Below are positions 18,620-28,354 of a DNA stretch of 64,000 nucleotides, one piece after another. Source of the stretch: an uncultured Candidatus Saccharibacteria bacterium (GTDB lineage Bacteria > Patescibacteriota > Minisyncoccia > Phycocordibacterales > CAIZLB01). The translations under genes and the position numbers were made by a program. Numbering within the stretch: position 1 is the first letter of the stretch; every line of letters begins with the position of its first letter. Under the pieces are notes generated by a model. The model worked only from the letters and a program-made list of their open reading frames with translations, ran no database searches and was not told the origin of the DNA. Where the stretch lies: contig CAZFNX010000001.1 of the NCBI GenBank assembly GCA_964520195.1, positions 34,421 to 98,420 on the forward strand, read 5' to 3'.

Positions 18620-19836
18620 TTATAGGTATGAAAAAGTTCCTGCAAACTTTTATAACTATAGGGGTGGTGGTTTTGATTTTTTTTATATGTCTTCGGATAT
18701 TTGCCTCTGATTCATTTCCTGAGCTTGGTCGGGTGATTGCATTTGAAGGTACAAGTACTGTGAGTACTTCAACTGCTGCAGATGTTGCTACGACTACATA
18801 TGAAGAACCAAAAAAGATTGTTCATATGAATATGCCTGATGAAGTTCGTGGTATATATGTAAGCTCGTATAGTTTTTTAAGTGATACGTTTCGAAAAAAA
18901 CTTGACTCGATGATTGACAATACAACAATAAACACTATTGTAGTCGATATTAAAGATGCTCCAGGAACTATTTTATTTGACATAGGTCTTGACTCGCCAT
19001 GTGTACAATCATTGTTAAGTAAGGAAAAGCTAGAAGAAAGGTTGGCGTATTATCAAAGTAAGGGTATATACACTGTCGCACGTATAGCTGTATTTCGTGA
19101 TGCGTGTTTTGTAAAAGAACATCCTGAACTTGCAGTTAAAGATATGCAAGGTAATCCATGGAGAGATTTTAAGGGTAACTACTGGCTATCTCCTCATCAG
19201 CAAGAGACAAAGGAGTATATTAGAGATATGGCTAAGGCGGTATATGATAGAGGGTTTGATGAAGTACAGTTTGACTATGTTCGCTATCCATCAGATGGAA
19301 ATATGAAAAATGTCGCATATCAATATATTTCAGATGTTGATGCATCTTCTACTCCTATGGTAAAGCGAAGAGCTACACTTAAAAGTTTCTTTTCGTATAT
19401 GAGATCTGAACTCACTGGTATACCTATATCAGCTGATGTATTTGGTATGGTTCTAACAAATACAGACGATTTAACTATCGGTCAACATCTTGATGATATT
19501 GCACCTTATGTAGATGCGCTTTCTGGTATGATTTATCCATCTCATTTTCCTAAACAATGGAATGGTCTACGAGATACTCATGCACAACCATATGAGACTA
19601 TCTATGATTCATCTAAGATGGGTCTTGATCGTATGACTGTGTTGTTTGGTAGTTCAACTGCTCGAAAACTTTCTCGGCCATGGTTGCAAGATTTTAGTAT
19701 TTTTGGAGTTGTATATAATGCACCGGAGGTAAAGGCTGAAATTAAGGCGCTTGATGATTTGGGTATTCATAATTTTCTCCTCTGGAATGCGTCAAATAGG
19801 TATACTCCAGGAGTATTGGATAAGTCTAGTTTTTAA
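18616..19836 (+). CDS. putative glycoside-hydrolase-like protein (GHL10/DUF4015 type), membrane anchored
   Basis: N-terminal TM helix. Motifs IRGIYVSSYSF and FDEVQFDYVRYPSDG are typical of the GHL10 family. Its start overlaps rsmI by 4 bp. Confidence 0.5.
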   Translation: MIIGMKKFLQTFITIGVVVLIFFICLRIFASDSFPELGRVIAFEGTSTVSTSTAADVATTTYEEPKKIVHMNMPDEVRGIYVSSYSFLSDTFRKKLDSMIDNTTINTIVVDIKDAPGTILFDIGLDSPCVQSLLSKEKLEERLAYYQSKGIYTVARIAVFRDACFVKEHPELAVKDMQGNPWRDFKGNYWLSPHQQETKEYIRDMAKAVYDRGFDEVQFDYVRYPSDGNMKNVAYQYISDVDASSTPMVKRRATLKSFFSYMRSELTGIPISADVFGMVLTNTDDLTIGQHLDDIAPYVDALSGMIYPSHFPKQWNGLRDTHAQPYETIYDSSKMGLDRMTVLFGSSTARKLSRPWLQDFSIFGVVYNAPEVKAEIKALDDLGIHNFLLWNASNRYTPGVLDKSSF

Positions 19837-19866
19837 CGCAGATTTGCTGTATAATCGCGACTATAT

Positions 19867-22602
19867 ATGTCAGCTTCAAAGTCACACCCTAAAAAGGTTT
19901 CTGTAGCAAAGGCTACACATAAGGAACTGATTCATAATCAGGATCTTATTACTATTCGAGGGGCAAGGACTCATAATTTGAAAGATATTTCTGTACAGAT
20001 TCCTCGTAATCAGATGACTGTGATTACTGGTCTTTCAGGTTCAGGTAAATCTTCTCTGGCATTTGATACTATTTTTGCTGAGGGACAGAGAAGATATATA
20101 GAGTCTCTTTCTTCATATGCAAGACAGTTTTTGCGACAGATGCAAAAACCTGAAGTTGATGAGATTGCAGGTTTATCTCCAGCTATTTCTATCGATCAAA
20201 AATCTCGTTCAAATAACCCACGGTCAACTGTGGCAACTATTACAGAGATATATGATTATTTGCGTATCTTGTATGCTCGAGTTGGTAAGCCACATTGTTT
20301 GATATGTGATAGAGAAATTAAAAAACTTTCTAAAGAAGAAATCATAGATACTATTCATCGTGTTGTAAAAGGTATCGATACTAAGTCTCATGTTGATGTG
20401 CATGATACAAAAACTCAAGATGAAAAAGCTGGAGAGAAAAAAACAACTAAAAAGAAAAAAGAGATTTTAGGAGTTGAAGTAAGTCCTGATATATTTAAAA
20501 TATTTGCTCCTGTTGTTATTGGAAGAAAGGGAGAGTATTATCAGATGCTGTATGACTTACTTGGTAAAGGATATGAAGAGGTTCGTATAGATGGGAAAAT
20601 TCAAAAATTACGTGAGCGTATTACTCTTGATAAAAATAAGAAACACGATATTGATGTTCTGATTGATACATTTTATATATCTGAAATAGAGTCTCCGTCT
20701 CAAAGTTTTACTGAGCGTCTCAATGAATCGATTGAACGAGGATTGCATGAAAGTGATGGATTGCTTCGCATAAGTACCGAGGCAGGAGATCATTTGATTT
20801 CATCTAAGTTTATGTGTCCATATGACGGGTTCTCATTTCCTGAAATAGAACCACGACTGTTTTCTTTTAACTCTCCATATGGTGCATGTCCAGAGTGTAA
20901 TGGACTTGGGACAGATAGTTTCTTCACTAATCGTATCTGTAAAGTGTGTAACGGCGCAAGACTCCGTCCTGAAGCACTTCGTGTGTTACTACAAGATAGA
21001 CAGCTTAATATTGTTGATTTCACTAAGATGACCATACAAGACGCTGTTGATTATATGCTTGGTCTCAAACTAAGTCCGATAGACGCAGAGATATCTGCAG
21101 TTATTACAAAAGAAATATTAGCTCGTTTGGAGTTTCTTCAAGAGGTTGGTCTTGAATACCTTGGACTTGACCGAAGGGCTAACACACTATCAGGAGGTGA
21201 AGCACAACGTATACGTCTAGCTTCGCAGCTAGGTTCTGGACTTGTTGGAGCAATGTATGTACTAGATGAGCCAACTATTGGTCTACATCAGCGTGATAAT
21301 GATAGATTGATTAAAACACTTGTACAGCTCAAAGATATGGGCAATACAGTTATCATTGTAGAGCATGATGAGGATACTATTTTAGCTTCTGATTATCTTG
21401 TGGATATAGGGCCGGGTGCAGGAGTTAAAGGTGGACATGTGGTTGTTTCTGGTCCACTTAAAAAACTTTTGAAGGATCCTATTAAATCACTCCCTGTAGA
21501 TAAAACTGTTGCCGACCCACAATCATTTACAGGGTCTTTAACATTGGACTATCTAAGAGGTGAGCATATGGTGGAAGTTCCAGAGCGAAGAAGAACAACA
21601 TCTAAGGGATCTTTGGTTATTACAGGTGGAAAGGTGAACAATATTGTCAACATGAATGCGGAGATACCTCTTGGCAAGCTTGTATGTGTTACTGGTGTTT
21701 CTGGTTCAGGTAAATCTTCTTTCGTATATGAGATTGTATATAAAAACTTACTTGGAAGACTTGATAGAGATCATAGAACGTCTCAACTCTATAACTGTAA
21801 TACATTTACAGGAACAGAATATCTTGGACGAACTATACTTATAGATCAATCACCTATAGGAAGAACACCACGATCAAACCCTGCAACATATACAGGGGCA
21901 TTTACTCATATTCGAGATCTGTTTGCTGAGACTATTGAAGCCAAAGCTAGAGGTTGGGGAGCTGGTCGTTTCTCTTTTAACGTTAAGGGTGGACGATGTG
22001 AGACATGTCAAGGTAATGGTGCTATCGAAGTTGAGATGCATTTCCTTCCGACTGTGTATGTGACATGTGATGTATGTCATGGAAAACGATTCATGAAAGA
22101 AACTCTCGAGGTGACATATAAGAAAAAAAATATTTACGAGATTTTGAAAATGACTATTGATGAAGCTGTTGTTTTCTTTGAAGATATGCCTGGTATTTAT
22201 GATAGAGTAAAAACATTACAAGAAGTTGGTCTTGGATATCTTGAGCTTGGCCAGTCGGCTACAACATTATCTGGTGGTGAAGCACAACGTGTGAAGATTG
22301 CTTCAGAGTTATACAAGCCTCATATTCAAAAAACTATATATATTCTTGATGAGCCAACAGTTGGATTACATTATCATGATGTACGAAAACTTATCGAGAT
22401 ATTACAAAAACTCGTTGATCAAGGAAATAGTGTCCTTGTCATCGAACACAATATGGATTTGATAAAATGTGCCGACTATCTTCTTGATATCGGTCCAGAA
22501 GGAGGGGATAAAGGAGGTCAACTTATAGCACATGGAACACCTGAGCAAGTAGCAGACAGTCCTAAGAGTTATACAGGTGTGTATCTCAAAAAGGTATTGT
22601 AG
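19867..22602 (+). CDS. uvrA: excinuclease ABC subunit A
   Basis: Two ABC modules: GLSGSGKSSLAFDTI plus LSGGEAQRIRLA, and GVSGSGKSS plus LSGGEAQRVKIA. Zinc-finger CxxC pairs. 911 aa. Confidence 0.95.
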   Translation: MSASKSHPKKVSVAKATHKELIHNQDLITIRGARTHNLKDISVQIPRNQMTVITGLSGSGKSSLAFDTIFAEGQRRYIESLSSYARQFLRQMQKPEVDEIAGLSPAISIDQKSRSNNPRSTVATITEIYDYLRILYARVGKPHCLICDREIKKLSKEEIIDTIHRVVKGIDTKSHVDVHDTKTQDEKAGEKKTTKKKKEILGVEVSPDIFKIFAPVVIGRKGEYYQMLYDLLGKGYEEVRIDGKIQKLRERITLDKNKKHDIDVLIDTFYISEIESPSQSFTERLNESIERGLHESDGLLRISTEAGDHLISSKFMCPYDGFSFPEIEPRLFSFNSPYGACPECNGLGTDSFFTNRICKVCNGARLRPEALRVLLQDRQLNIVDFTKMTIQDAVDYMLGLKLSPIDAEISAVITKEILARLEFLQEVGLEYLGLDRRANTLSGGEAQRIRLASQLGSGLVGAMYVLDEPTIGLHQRDNDRLIKTLVQLKDMGNTVIIVEHDEDTILASDYLVDIGPGAGVKGGHVVVSGPLKKLLKDPIKSLPVDKTVADPQSFTGSLTLDYLRGEHMVEVPERRRTTSKGSLVITGGKVNNIVNMNAEIPLGKLVCVTGVSGSGKSSFVYEIVYKNLLGRLDRDHRTSQLYNCNTFTGTEYLGRTILIDQSPIGRTPRSNPATYTGAFTHIRDLFAETIEAKARGWGAGRFSFNVKGGRCETCQGNGAIEVEMHFLPTVYVTCDVCHGKRFMKETLEVTYKKKNIYEILKMTIDEAVVFFEDMPGIYDRVKTLQEVGLGYLELGQSATTLSGGEAQRVKIASELYKPHIQKTIYILDEPTVGLHYHDVRKLIEILQKLVDQGNSVLVIEHNMDLIKCADYLLDIGPEGGDKGGQLIAHGTPEQVADSPKSYTGVYLKKVL

Positions 22603-22677
22603 TATAAAGTTGAAAATACAGTCCGTCCATCTGTATGGAGTTGCAAAAAACATATATACGCGTATAATAAATAACCT

Positions 22678-23313
22678 ATGTCATATGTCTTTTTCGATTT
22701 AGATAACACTCTTATTCGTGGACAAAGTCAACAACTATTACTTAAGGTTTTATATAAAAGAAAAATTATCTCTTTCATAGATTTGTGGAAGTTGAGAATA
22801 TTTTTTCTTTTATATACATTACATCTTGTATCGCATAAGAATACTGTTGATGTGTATATCAAAGTCGCACGTATGCTACAGGGTGTTGAAGTTGCATATC
22901 TTAAAAAAGTTGTGCGAGCTTTTGTGTTTGCTGAGTTTGGTAGTATACAAAACCTACGAGCTGTCGGTGAACTGGAAAAACATGTGTCTGCAGGTAAGCA
23001 TGTGGTTCTCGTCAGTGCCGCATTTGAGCCTATTGTAGAGGCCGCTGCTCAGTTTTTCCAAATACCTCAGTATGAATGTACAAAACTAGAGATAAAAGGT
23101 CATATCTACACAGGTAAACTTTTTGGTCAGCCAAACTATGGAGAACAAAAGATTAAAAATCTGGAAAAATACGGTTTCGAAGGGTCTTTTGCATATTCTG
23201 ATCATCATTCAGATATTCCACTTTTCTTGAAGGCTACATATAGATATGCGGTCAATCCAACGCGAAAACTTAAGAAGTATGCAACATCTCGAGGTTGGTT
23301 TGTTATCGAGTAA
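22678..23313 (+). CDS. HAD-superfamily hydrolase (HAD-IB/phosphoserine-phosphatase-like)
   Basis: Motif I FFDLDNTL (DxDxT) at the N-terminus and a C-terminal SDHHSD/ND region. Confidence 0.6.
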   Translation: MSYVFFDLDNTLIRGQSQQLLLKVLYKRKIISFIDLWKLRIFFLLYTLHLVSHKNTVDVYIKVARMLQGVEVAYLKKVVRAFVFAEFGSIQNLRAVGELEKHVSAGKHVVLVSAAFEPIVEAAAQFFQIPQYECTKLEIKGHIYTGKLFGQPNYGEQKIKNLEKYGFEGSFAYSDHHSDIPLFLKATYRYAVNPTRKLKKYATSRGWFVIE

Positions 23314-23330
23314 ACAAATAGATTTTATAG

Positions 23331-23368
23331 AAAATGTAGCCGTCCATCACGAATGCTAGAATTTTTCT
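23331..23368 (+). terminator. family-1 hairpin (conserved loop CGTCCATCACGAAT) between convergent HAD gene and efp
   Basis: Stem TAGC/GCTA plus flanking A/T pairing. Loop 23341-23354. Confidence 0.5.
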
Positions 23369-23408
23369 AAAATATTTTCAAATACTATATTACTGGATTG
23401 AAAAATAT

Positions 23409-23442
23409 AAAATCCCTACTTCGCATAAGCGGTAGGGATTTT
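23409..23442 (-). terminator. family-2 hairpin (11-bp stem AAAATCCCTAC/GTAGGGATTTT, loop TTCGCATAAGCG) 3' of efp
   Basis: Perfect 11-bp inverted repeat flanked by A/T runs, 25 nt downstream of the efp stop on the minus strand. Confidence 0.6.
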
Positions 23443-23466
23443 ACTATTTCGAGATTTCTTATGTAT

Positions 23467-24045
23467 TTACTTACTTACTGAAACTCGTTCTGCGTATTCT
23501 CCTGTATCTGTGTTTACTCTGATGATGTTACCTGGTTCTATGAACATAGGAGCAAGGATTTCAGCACCAGTCTCAAGAGTAATAATCTTGTTTCCACCTT
23601 TGGCTGTATCTCCTCGAACAGCTGGAGGTGCTTCAGTTACTTCTAGATCTATCTTGACAGGGAGCTTGACTCCAATAGGTATTTCTCCAAAGTATTTTAC
23701 ATCAATAATAGCGTTTGCTTTTAAAAACTTTCTACTGTCTCCAATAAGAGTATCAGCAAGCTTGAAACGTTTAGAAGGCTCGTTCTCTGGACAGAACCAC
23801 CATTCTCCTCTGTTGTTGTACAGATACTTAACCTTCATTGTTTCAATCTCAGCTTCCTCTGCTTTTTCAGTTGCTTGGAATGAGTGTTCAATAACTCGTC
23901 CACTAATAAGGTTTCGCATTTTTACTGCGTTTACAGGTTTTCTCATCTGCTTTCTGAAGATGTGATGATCAAGGATCTCATAAGGTTCATCTTCAAAAAT
24001 AATCATTTTTCGTGTGACAATGTCACTATATTCTATAATAGCCAT
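23467..24045 (-). CDS. efp: elongation factor P
   Basis: KOW/OB domains with conserved PAVRGDTAKGGNK...LETGAEI...GEYAERV. Confidence 0.85.
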   Translation of the reverse strand: MAIIEYSDIVTRKMIIFEDEPYEILDHHIFRKQMRKPVNAVKMRNLISGRVIEHSFQATEKAEEAEIETMKVKYLYNNRGEWWFCPENEPSKRFKLADTLIGDSRKFLKANAIIDVKYFGEIPIGVKLPVKIDLEVTEAPPAVRGDTAKGGNKIITLETGAEILAPMFIEPGNIIRVNTDTGEYAERVSVSK

Positions 24046-24095
24046 GAGTGTGAGTATATCGGTTTATGGCTTGTTTTGCAAGGATATGGTAGAGT

Positions 24096-25376
24096 TTGGG
24101 TATTATGCGACACAGTAATATTTTCACAAAGACACGAAAGGAGTATCCAAGTGATGAAGTGGCTAAAAACGCTCAGATGCTTATTCAGGCAGGTTTTATT
24201 CATAAAGAAATGGCCGGAGTGTATGCATATTTACCTCTAGGACTGCGAGTTATTGAAAAACTAAAGAATATCGCTCGGGAAGAGATGAATGCTGCTCGGG
24301 GACAAGAGATTCAGATGACAACATTGCAGAAGAAAGAGACGTGGGAGAAGACTGATCGATGGAGTGATGAGCAAGTGGATGTATGGTTTAAAAGTAAACT
24401 TGCAAATGGTACAGATATTGGTTTTGGCTGGTCACATGAAGAACCAATCACTGATATGATGATACATTTCATCAATAGTTATAAAAATCTTCCAGTATAT
24501 GTGTATCAATTTCAAACAAAATTACGTAACGAACTCCGTGCTAAAAGTGGCATCATGCGAGGGAGAGAGTTTTTAATGAAAGATTTATATTCATATAATA
24601 CAAATGAAATCGAACATGCAGCGTTTTATCAAAATATGATAGAAGCATATACAAAGTTTTATGACAGAGTAGGATTGGGTTCTGATACATTTTTAACTGT
24701 TGCTACAGGTGGTGCGTTCACCAAAAATACAAGTCATGAGTTTCAGACTATTTGTGATGCTGGAGAAGATATTGTGTATATAGATAGAAAACATAATATC
24801 GCATACAATACAGAAGCTCTTGAGAGTATGGACACTAAAGATGAGCTTATGAAAACGTGTGAACAAGTTAAAACAGCAGAGGTCGGGAATATCTTTAGTT
24901 TTGGAGGTGAAAAATCTGAGAAGATGGGTCTACTATTTACAGATACAGATGGAACACAGAAACCAGTTATTCTTGGATCATATGGTATAGGAATCACACG
25001 AGTTATGGGTGTAATTGTCGAAAAATATGCAGACGAAAAAGGACTTGTTTGGCCAAAAGCAGTAGCTCCATTTGAAATTGAAATTGTCTCACTTCATAAA
25101 GATAAAGACGATGCAACATATGTTGCAGCTTCTGATATATATGATCAACTAGTAAGCTGTCACTATGAATGTTTGATAGATGATAGACAGATGGGTATTA
25201 AAGATAAGCTGGAAAGTGCTGATATGTACGGTATACCTGTTCAGATTATTGTTGGTCCACGGACACTCGAGAAAGGTGTTGTTGAGGTGAAGGTGAGAAA
25301 GACAGGTGAAGTGCAAGAAATAGAGCTTGGAAAAGTTTCAGAGTTTGTTGATGAGATTTGGGAGAGTGTGTTTTAA
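24096..25376 (+). CDS. proS: prolyl-tRNA synthetase, bacterial-type N-terminus but lacking the INS editing domain (426 aa)
   Basis: N-terminus HKEMAGVYAYLPLGLRVIEKLKNIAREEM is ProRS-specific. Class II motifs are present. C-terminal HGTP-type anticodon-binding domain. Confidence 0.85.
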   Translation: MGIMRHSNIFTKTRKEYPSDEVAKNAQMLIQAGFIHKEMAGVYAYLPLGLRVIEKLKNIAREEMNAARGQEIQMTTLQKKETWEKTDRWSDEQVDVWFKSKLANGTDIGFGWSHEEPITDMMIHFINSYKNLPVYVYQFQTKLRNELRAKSGIMRGREFLMKDLYSYNTNEIEHAAFYQNMIEAYTKFYDRVGLGSDTFLTVATGGAFTKNTSHEFQTICDAGEDIVYIDRKHNIAYNTEALESMDTKDELMKTCEQVKTAEVGNIFSFGGEKSEKMGLLFTDTDGTQKPVILGSYGIGITRVMGVIVEKYADEKGLVWPKAVAPFEIEIVSLHKDKDDATYVAASDIYDQLVSCHYECLIDDRQMGIKDKLESADMYGIPVQIIVGPRTLEKGVVEVKVRKTGEVQEIELGKVSEFVDEIWESVF

Positions 25377-25447
25377 GATTTTCTGGTAAAATTTATACTT
25401 TTATATATCTTTTCTTTAGGAAAATTTCATGTATGTTTTTGTAATGT

Positions 25448-25948
25448 TTGTTAATGAACATTAAAGGTAAAACAATTGTGTATATAGATATGGCAAATCT
25501 TTCTATAGAATCAAGAAAGAAAAATATCATAATTGATATGTTTTTGATGTATACTTGGCTCATTGATAAATATGTAGCAGATGAGGTGTATATATTTACA
25601 GGTTATCTTAATAAGTATAAAGAAGAGTATGATACAAATAGTAAGATTGGATATAAATATATTTTTAAAGAAGTTATCTTCAATAAAGATGAGTATAAAA
25701 TAAAGGCGAATTGCGATGTTGATATTGCTATACAGGGTACAATCGATACTATTAATCATAATCTTAATCGTGCAATTTTGATTACAAGTGACGGTGATTT
25801 TTTAAGTCTTATAAAATTTTGGCTATCAAAAATTGTAATAGTCTCTATTATATCACCAGCGAATCCTGACAAATGCTCTTACTTACTAAAAAAAAGACAA
25901 TTTACCTATAACATATTTAAATCAAATTCTTTCAAGAATTACAAATGA
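25448..25948 (+). CDS. NYN/LabA-like (PIN-like) domain protein
   Basis: VYIDMANL ... CDVDIAIQGT ... AILITSDGDFLSLI matches the NYN (PF01936) acidic-residue pattern. Embedded in a very AT-rich stretch. Confidence 0.55.
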   Translation: MLMNIKGKTIVYIDMANLSIESRKKNIIIDMFLMYTWLIDKYVADEVYIFTGYLNKYKEEYDTNSKIGYKYIFKEVIFNKDEYKIKANCDVDIAIQGTIDTINHNLNRAILITSDGDFLSLIKFWLSKIVIVSIISPANPDKCSYLLKKRQFTYNIFKSNSFKNYK

Positions 25949-26041
25949 AAAGGCCCTCGATGAAGACAAAACATCATAAAGGCCCTTTTCTTGGATATGT
26001 ATACTATGCTAACAAAAAAAAGTTATTTTGTCAAATACTTA

Positions 26042-26482
26042 TTATTCTTTATGATACGGATGATTATGTAAAATAGTTATCGCTCGATAAACTTGCTCAC
26101 ATACAAGCATAGTTGCAAGTTCGTGAGGAAATGTCATAGGTGAGAGCGAGAGTTTTTGATCTGCAGTTTTGAGTTCTTCGATACTGAATCCAACACTTGG
26201 TCCAATAATAAAAATAATATGACTTGAGATGTGTGACTGTACATGCTCTATTTGTTTTGCAAATGTCTCTGATGTGTATATTTTTCCTTCCTCATCGAGG
26301 GTAAAGATATATGCACTTGGATATGATTTTTTTACATCAGCTACATGGTTGTGTTTTTTCTCTTCTTTAATATCAAAGAGCTGCACTTTTGCAAATCGTG
26401 AAAGTCTTTTTGTGTATTCGTTAATGAGAGGGGTGATGAGTTTGTTTTTAACTCCTGAGATGGTGATGATGGTGATATGCAT
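26042..26482 (-). CDS. rlmH: 23S rRNA (pseudouridine1915-N3)-methyltransferase RlmH (SPOUT)
   Basis: MHITIITISGVKNK...EYTKRL start and the C-terminal trefoil-knot region ELATMLVCEQVYRAITILHNHPYH. The track ORF extends to 26551; the internal Met at 26482 is the likely start. Confidence 0.8.
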   Translation of the reverse strand: MHITIITISGVKNKLITPLINEYTKRLSRFAKVQLFDIKEEKKHNHVADVKKSYPSAYIFTLDEEGKIYTSETFAKQIEHVQSHISSHIIFIIGPSVGFSIEELKTADQKLSLSPMTFPHELATMLVCEQVYRAITILHNHPYHKE

Positions 26483-26551
26483 GAGGGTATTGTAGCATGG
26501 TATAAAGTATGTACACTTATATAGAAACATGATATTTATTAAATCAAACAT

Positions 26552-27577
26552 ATGAACAATCCAGAAATAAATATAAAACTATCCTACATACCAGGTCTGC
26601 GACCTGTGGTTTTAGATGAGCTAAAAAAGAGTAACATGAAAGTGTTACGTGAGGTTGATGATTCTATATATCTTGAATTCTCAATACAAACCCTTCAAGA
26701 TGTGAAAAAACAGAGAAGTGTTGCACGGGCATATCTTATCGTACAGAATGCTTTATATAATCCGACATACCTTTCAAATCATAAATCAGTGCTTGGAAAT
26801 CTGGTCGAGCACGTTGTATCATGTGATAGTTTCAAGACGTTTAAAATAACATGCGCAGGATCTGATTCTCCTGAAGTTAGAAGTATTGCATCATATATTG
26901 AAAAGACTTATGGTATACAAGAAAACGATGATGCAGATTTAAAAATACACATGATTAAACCAGATGATGTTTGGGAGATAGGGGTACAAATAACACCTCG
27001 ACCTCTTTCTGTGAGAGATTATAAAGTTGTGAATATGAAGGGTGCGATGGATCCAACTATTGCATACGCTGTTAATTCTTTCTGTATACAAGATTCGACC
27101 AAAACATACCTTAATATATTTTCAGGTAGTGCGACATTGTTGATTGAGGCAGCAGAATGTTACCCTCATGTAGAGAAGTTGATAGGTTTTGATAATGATA
27201 AAAGCCATTTAACCCTTTCGATTCAAAATATCAAGAAAGCAGGTTTCATAAAAAAAATCCAAGTAAAGGAATGTGATATTTTTAATAAACCAGATTTAGG
27301 CACATTTGATGCCGTTGTGTCTGATGTGCCTTTCGGTATGTTGGTTTCAAAAGATCAGGATCTTCAAAAACTGTACGGAGTTTTCGTTGAGTATTGTGAG
27401 CATGTTTTGAATGTTGGAGGAAGATTGGTTATATATACAAGTGAATTTGAACTTATGGAATCAATCATATCTCAGTCTCAATTTAAGATCGTGCAATCAT
27501 TACAATTAACATTGAGTACAAATGTAGGTGCATATTTGAAGCCTAAAATAATTGTTTGTGAGTTTAAAGATAAATAA
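26552..27577 (+). CDS. THUMP-domain class I SAM-dependent RNA methyltransferase (RlmL/Trm14-like; motif IV DVPFG)
   Basis: N-terminal THUMP-like region, then a methyltransferase core with VVSDVPFGMLV (a (D/N)PP(F/Y)-type motif). Confidence 0.6.
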   Translation: MNNPEINIKLSYIPGLRPVVLDELKKSNMKVLREVDDSIYLEFSIQTLQDVKKQRSVARAYLIVQNALYNPTYLSNHKSVLGNLVEHVVSCDSFKTFKITCAGSDSPEVRSIASYIEKTYGIQENDDADLKIHMIKPDDVWEIGVQITPRPLSVRDYKVVNMKGAMDPTIAYAVNSFCIQDSTKTYLNIFSGSATLLIEAAECYPHVEKLIGFDNDKSHLTLSIQNIKKAGFIKKIQVKECDIFNKPDLGTFDAVVSDVPFGMLVSKDQDLQKLYGVFVEYCEHVLNVGGRLVIYTSEFELMESIISQSQFKIVQSLQLTLSTNVGAYLKPKIIVCEFKDK

Positions 27578-27610
27578 TTATACAATATAATATTATATTT
27601 TTGTGTGTGA

Positions 27611-27646
27611 AAAACCCTCAGGCACACGGTGTGTGACTGAGGGTTG
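27611..27646. terminator. family-3 palindromic element AAAACCCTCAGGCACACGGTGTGTGACTGAGGGTTGA between convergent genes
   Basis: Outer stem AACCCTCAG/CTGAGGGTT and inner stem CACAC/GTGTG. The same outer arms recur at 44287-44324. Confidence 0.5.
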
Positions 27647-27670
27647 ATGGTCTCCGTCGAGAAAAGGGGA

Positions 27671-28354
27671 TCACGCAGCTGCCTGCATGACTTTGTCCAT
27701 GTTTTGAAGAGACCACATGTGACCGTAACCTAAGGTTACAACTTTCGTTCTGAAGCTGCTACGTGCAGCAGTCAGAAATTCGGTTGTTTTCGTAGCAGTG
27801 CTGCCGATGATGCGATCGTTGGCAGCATTCACCACCACCATTTCGGTGGAAGGAGAAGCTTCGAACTTTTCCTGACGACGATACTGTCTCAGGATAGTGC
27901 TCCAGACGAACTTACCGCTGTCGGCCTGAAGATTCGGCATCATTTCTTCTGCCTCGTCGTCACTGAGAGAGAAGAGATTTTTAGCTTCACTTGGAGACAT
28001 TGCTACAGGTTTGCCTGTTAGTATTTCAACCAAGTGGGGCAATGTTGCCATAATCGTAGGATCCCACGGCATGAACTTGACTCCGGCAAGAGGGCCGGAG
28101 TTCATGAGGATGATTTTTTTAATCATCCCATCCGGGAGATGTTTCAGTGTCTCAGTAATCAGGACACAGCCTGCGCTGTGCCCAATCAGTGTTTCTACCT
28201 GAGGATTTGCTTCAATGTGGTCAATGAGCAGTTTTACTCGCTCTTCCATCGTATCCAACCCACATGGGTTGACGATGTTGAACCGATTTCCCAGTTTTTG
28301 AAAGAGTGGTCCTTGACTGTTGGCCCAAAGGCCAGGAACTAGCGTCATCTTCAA
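27671..28354 (-). CDS. alpha/beta-hydrolase fold protein (GHSAG nucleophile elbow); GC-rich, likely horizontally acquired
   Basis: GxSxG motif IGHSAGCVL. The gene and about 80 bp on each side are visibly GC-richer than the surrounding genes (by eye, not computed). Confidence 0.6.
   Translation of the reverse strand: MKMTLVPGLWANSQGPLFQKLGNRFNIVNPCGLDTMEERVKLLIDHIEANPQVETLIGHSAGCVLITETLKHLPDGMIKKIILMNSGPLAGVKFMPWDPTIMATLPHLVEILTGKPVAMSPSEAKNLFSLSDDEAEEMMPNLQADSGKFVWSTILRQYRRQEKFEASPSTEMVVVNAANDRIIGSTATKTTEFLTAARSSFRTKVVTLGYGHMWSLQNMDKVMQAAA

Noticed and set aside
25938-25985. AAAAGGCCC...GGCCCTTTT hairpin after the NYN gene as a strong terminator
   Set aside because: The stem is only about 6 bp with a 30-nt loop; the GGCCC segments are direct rather than inverted. 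Weak.
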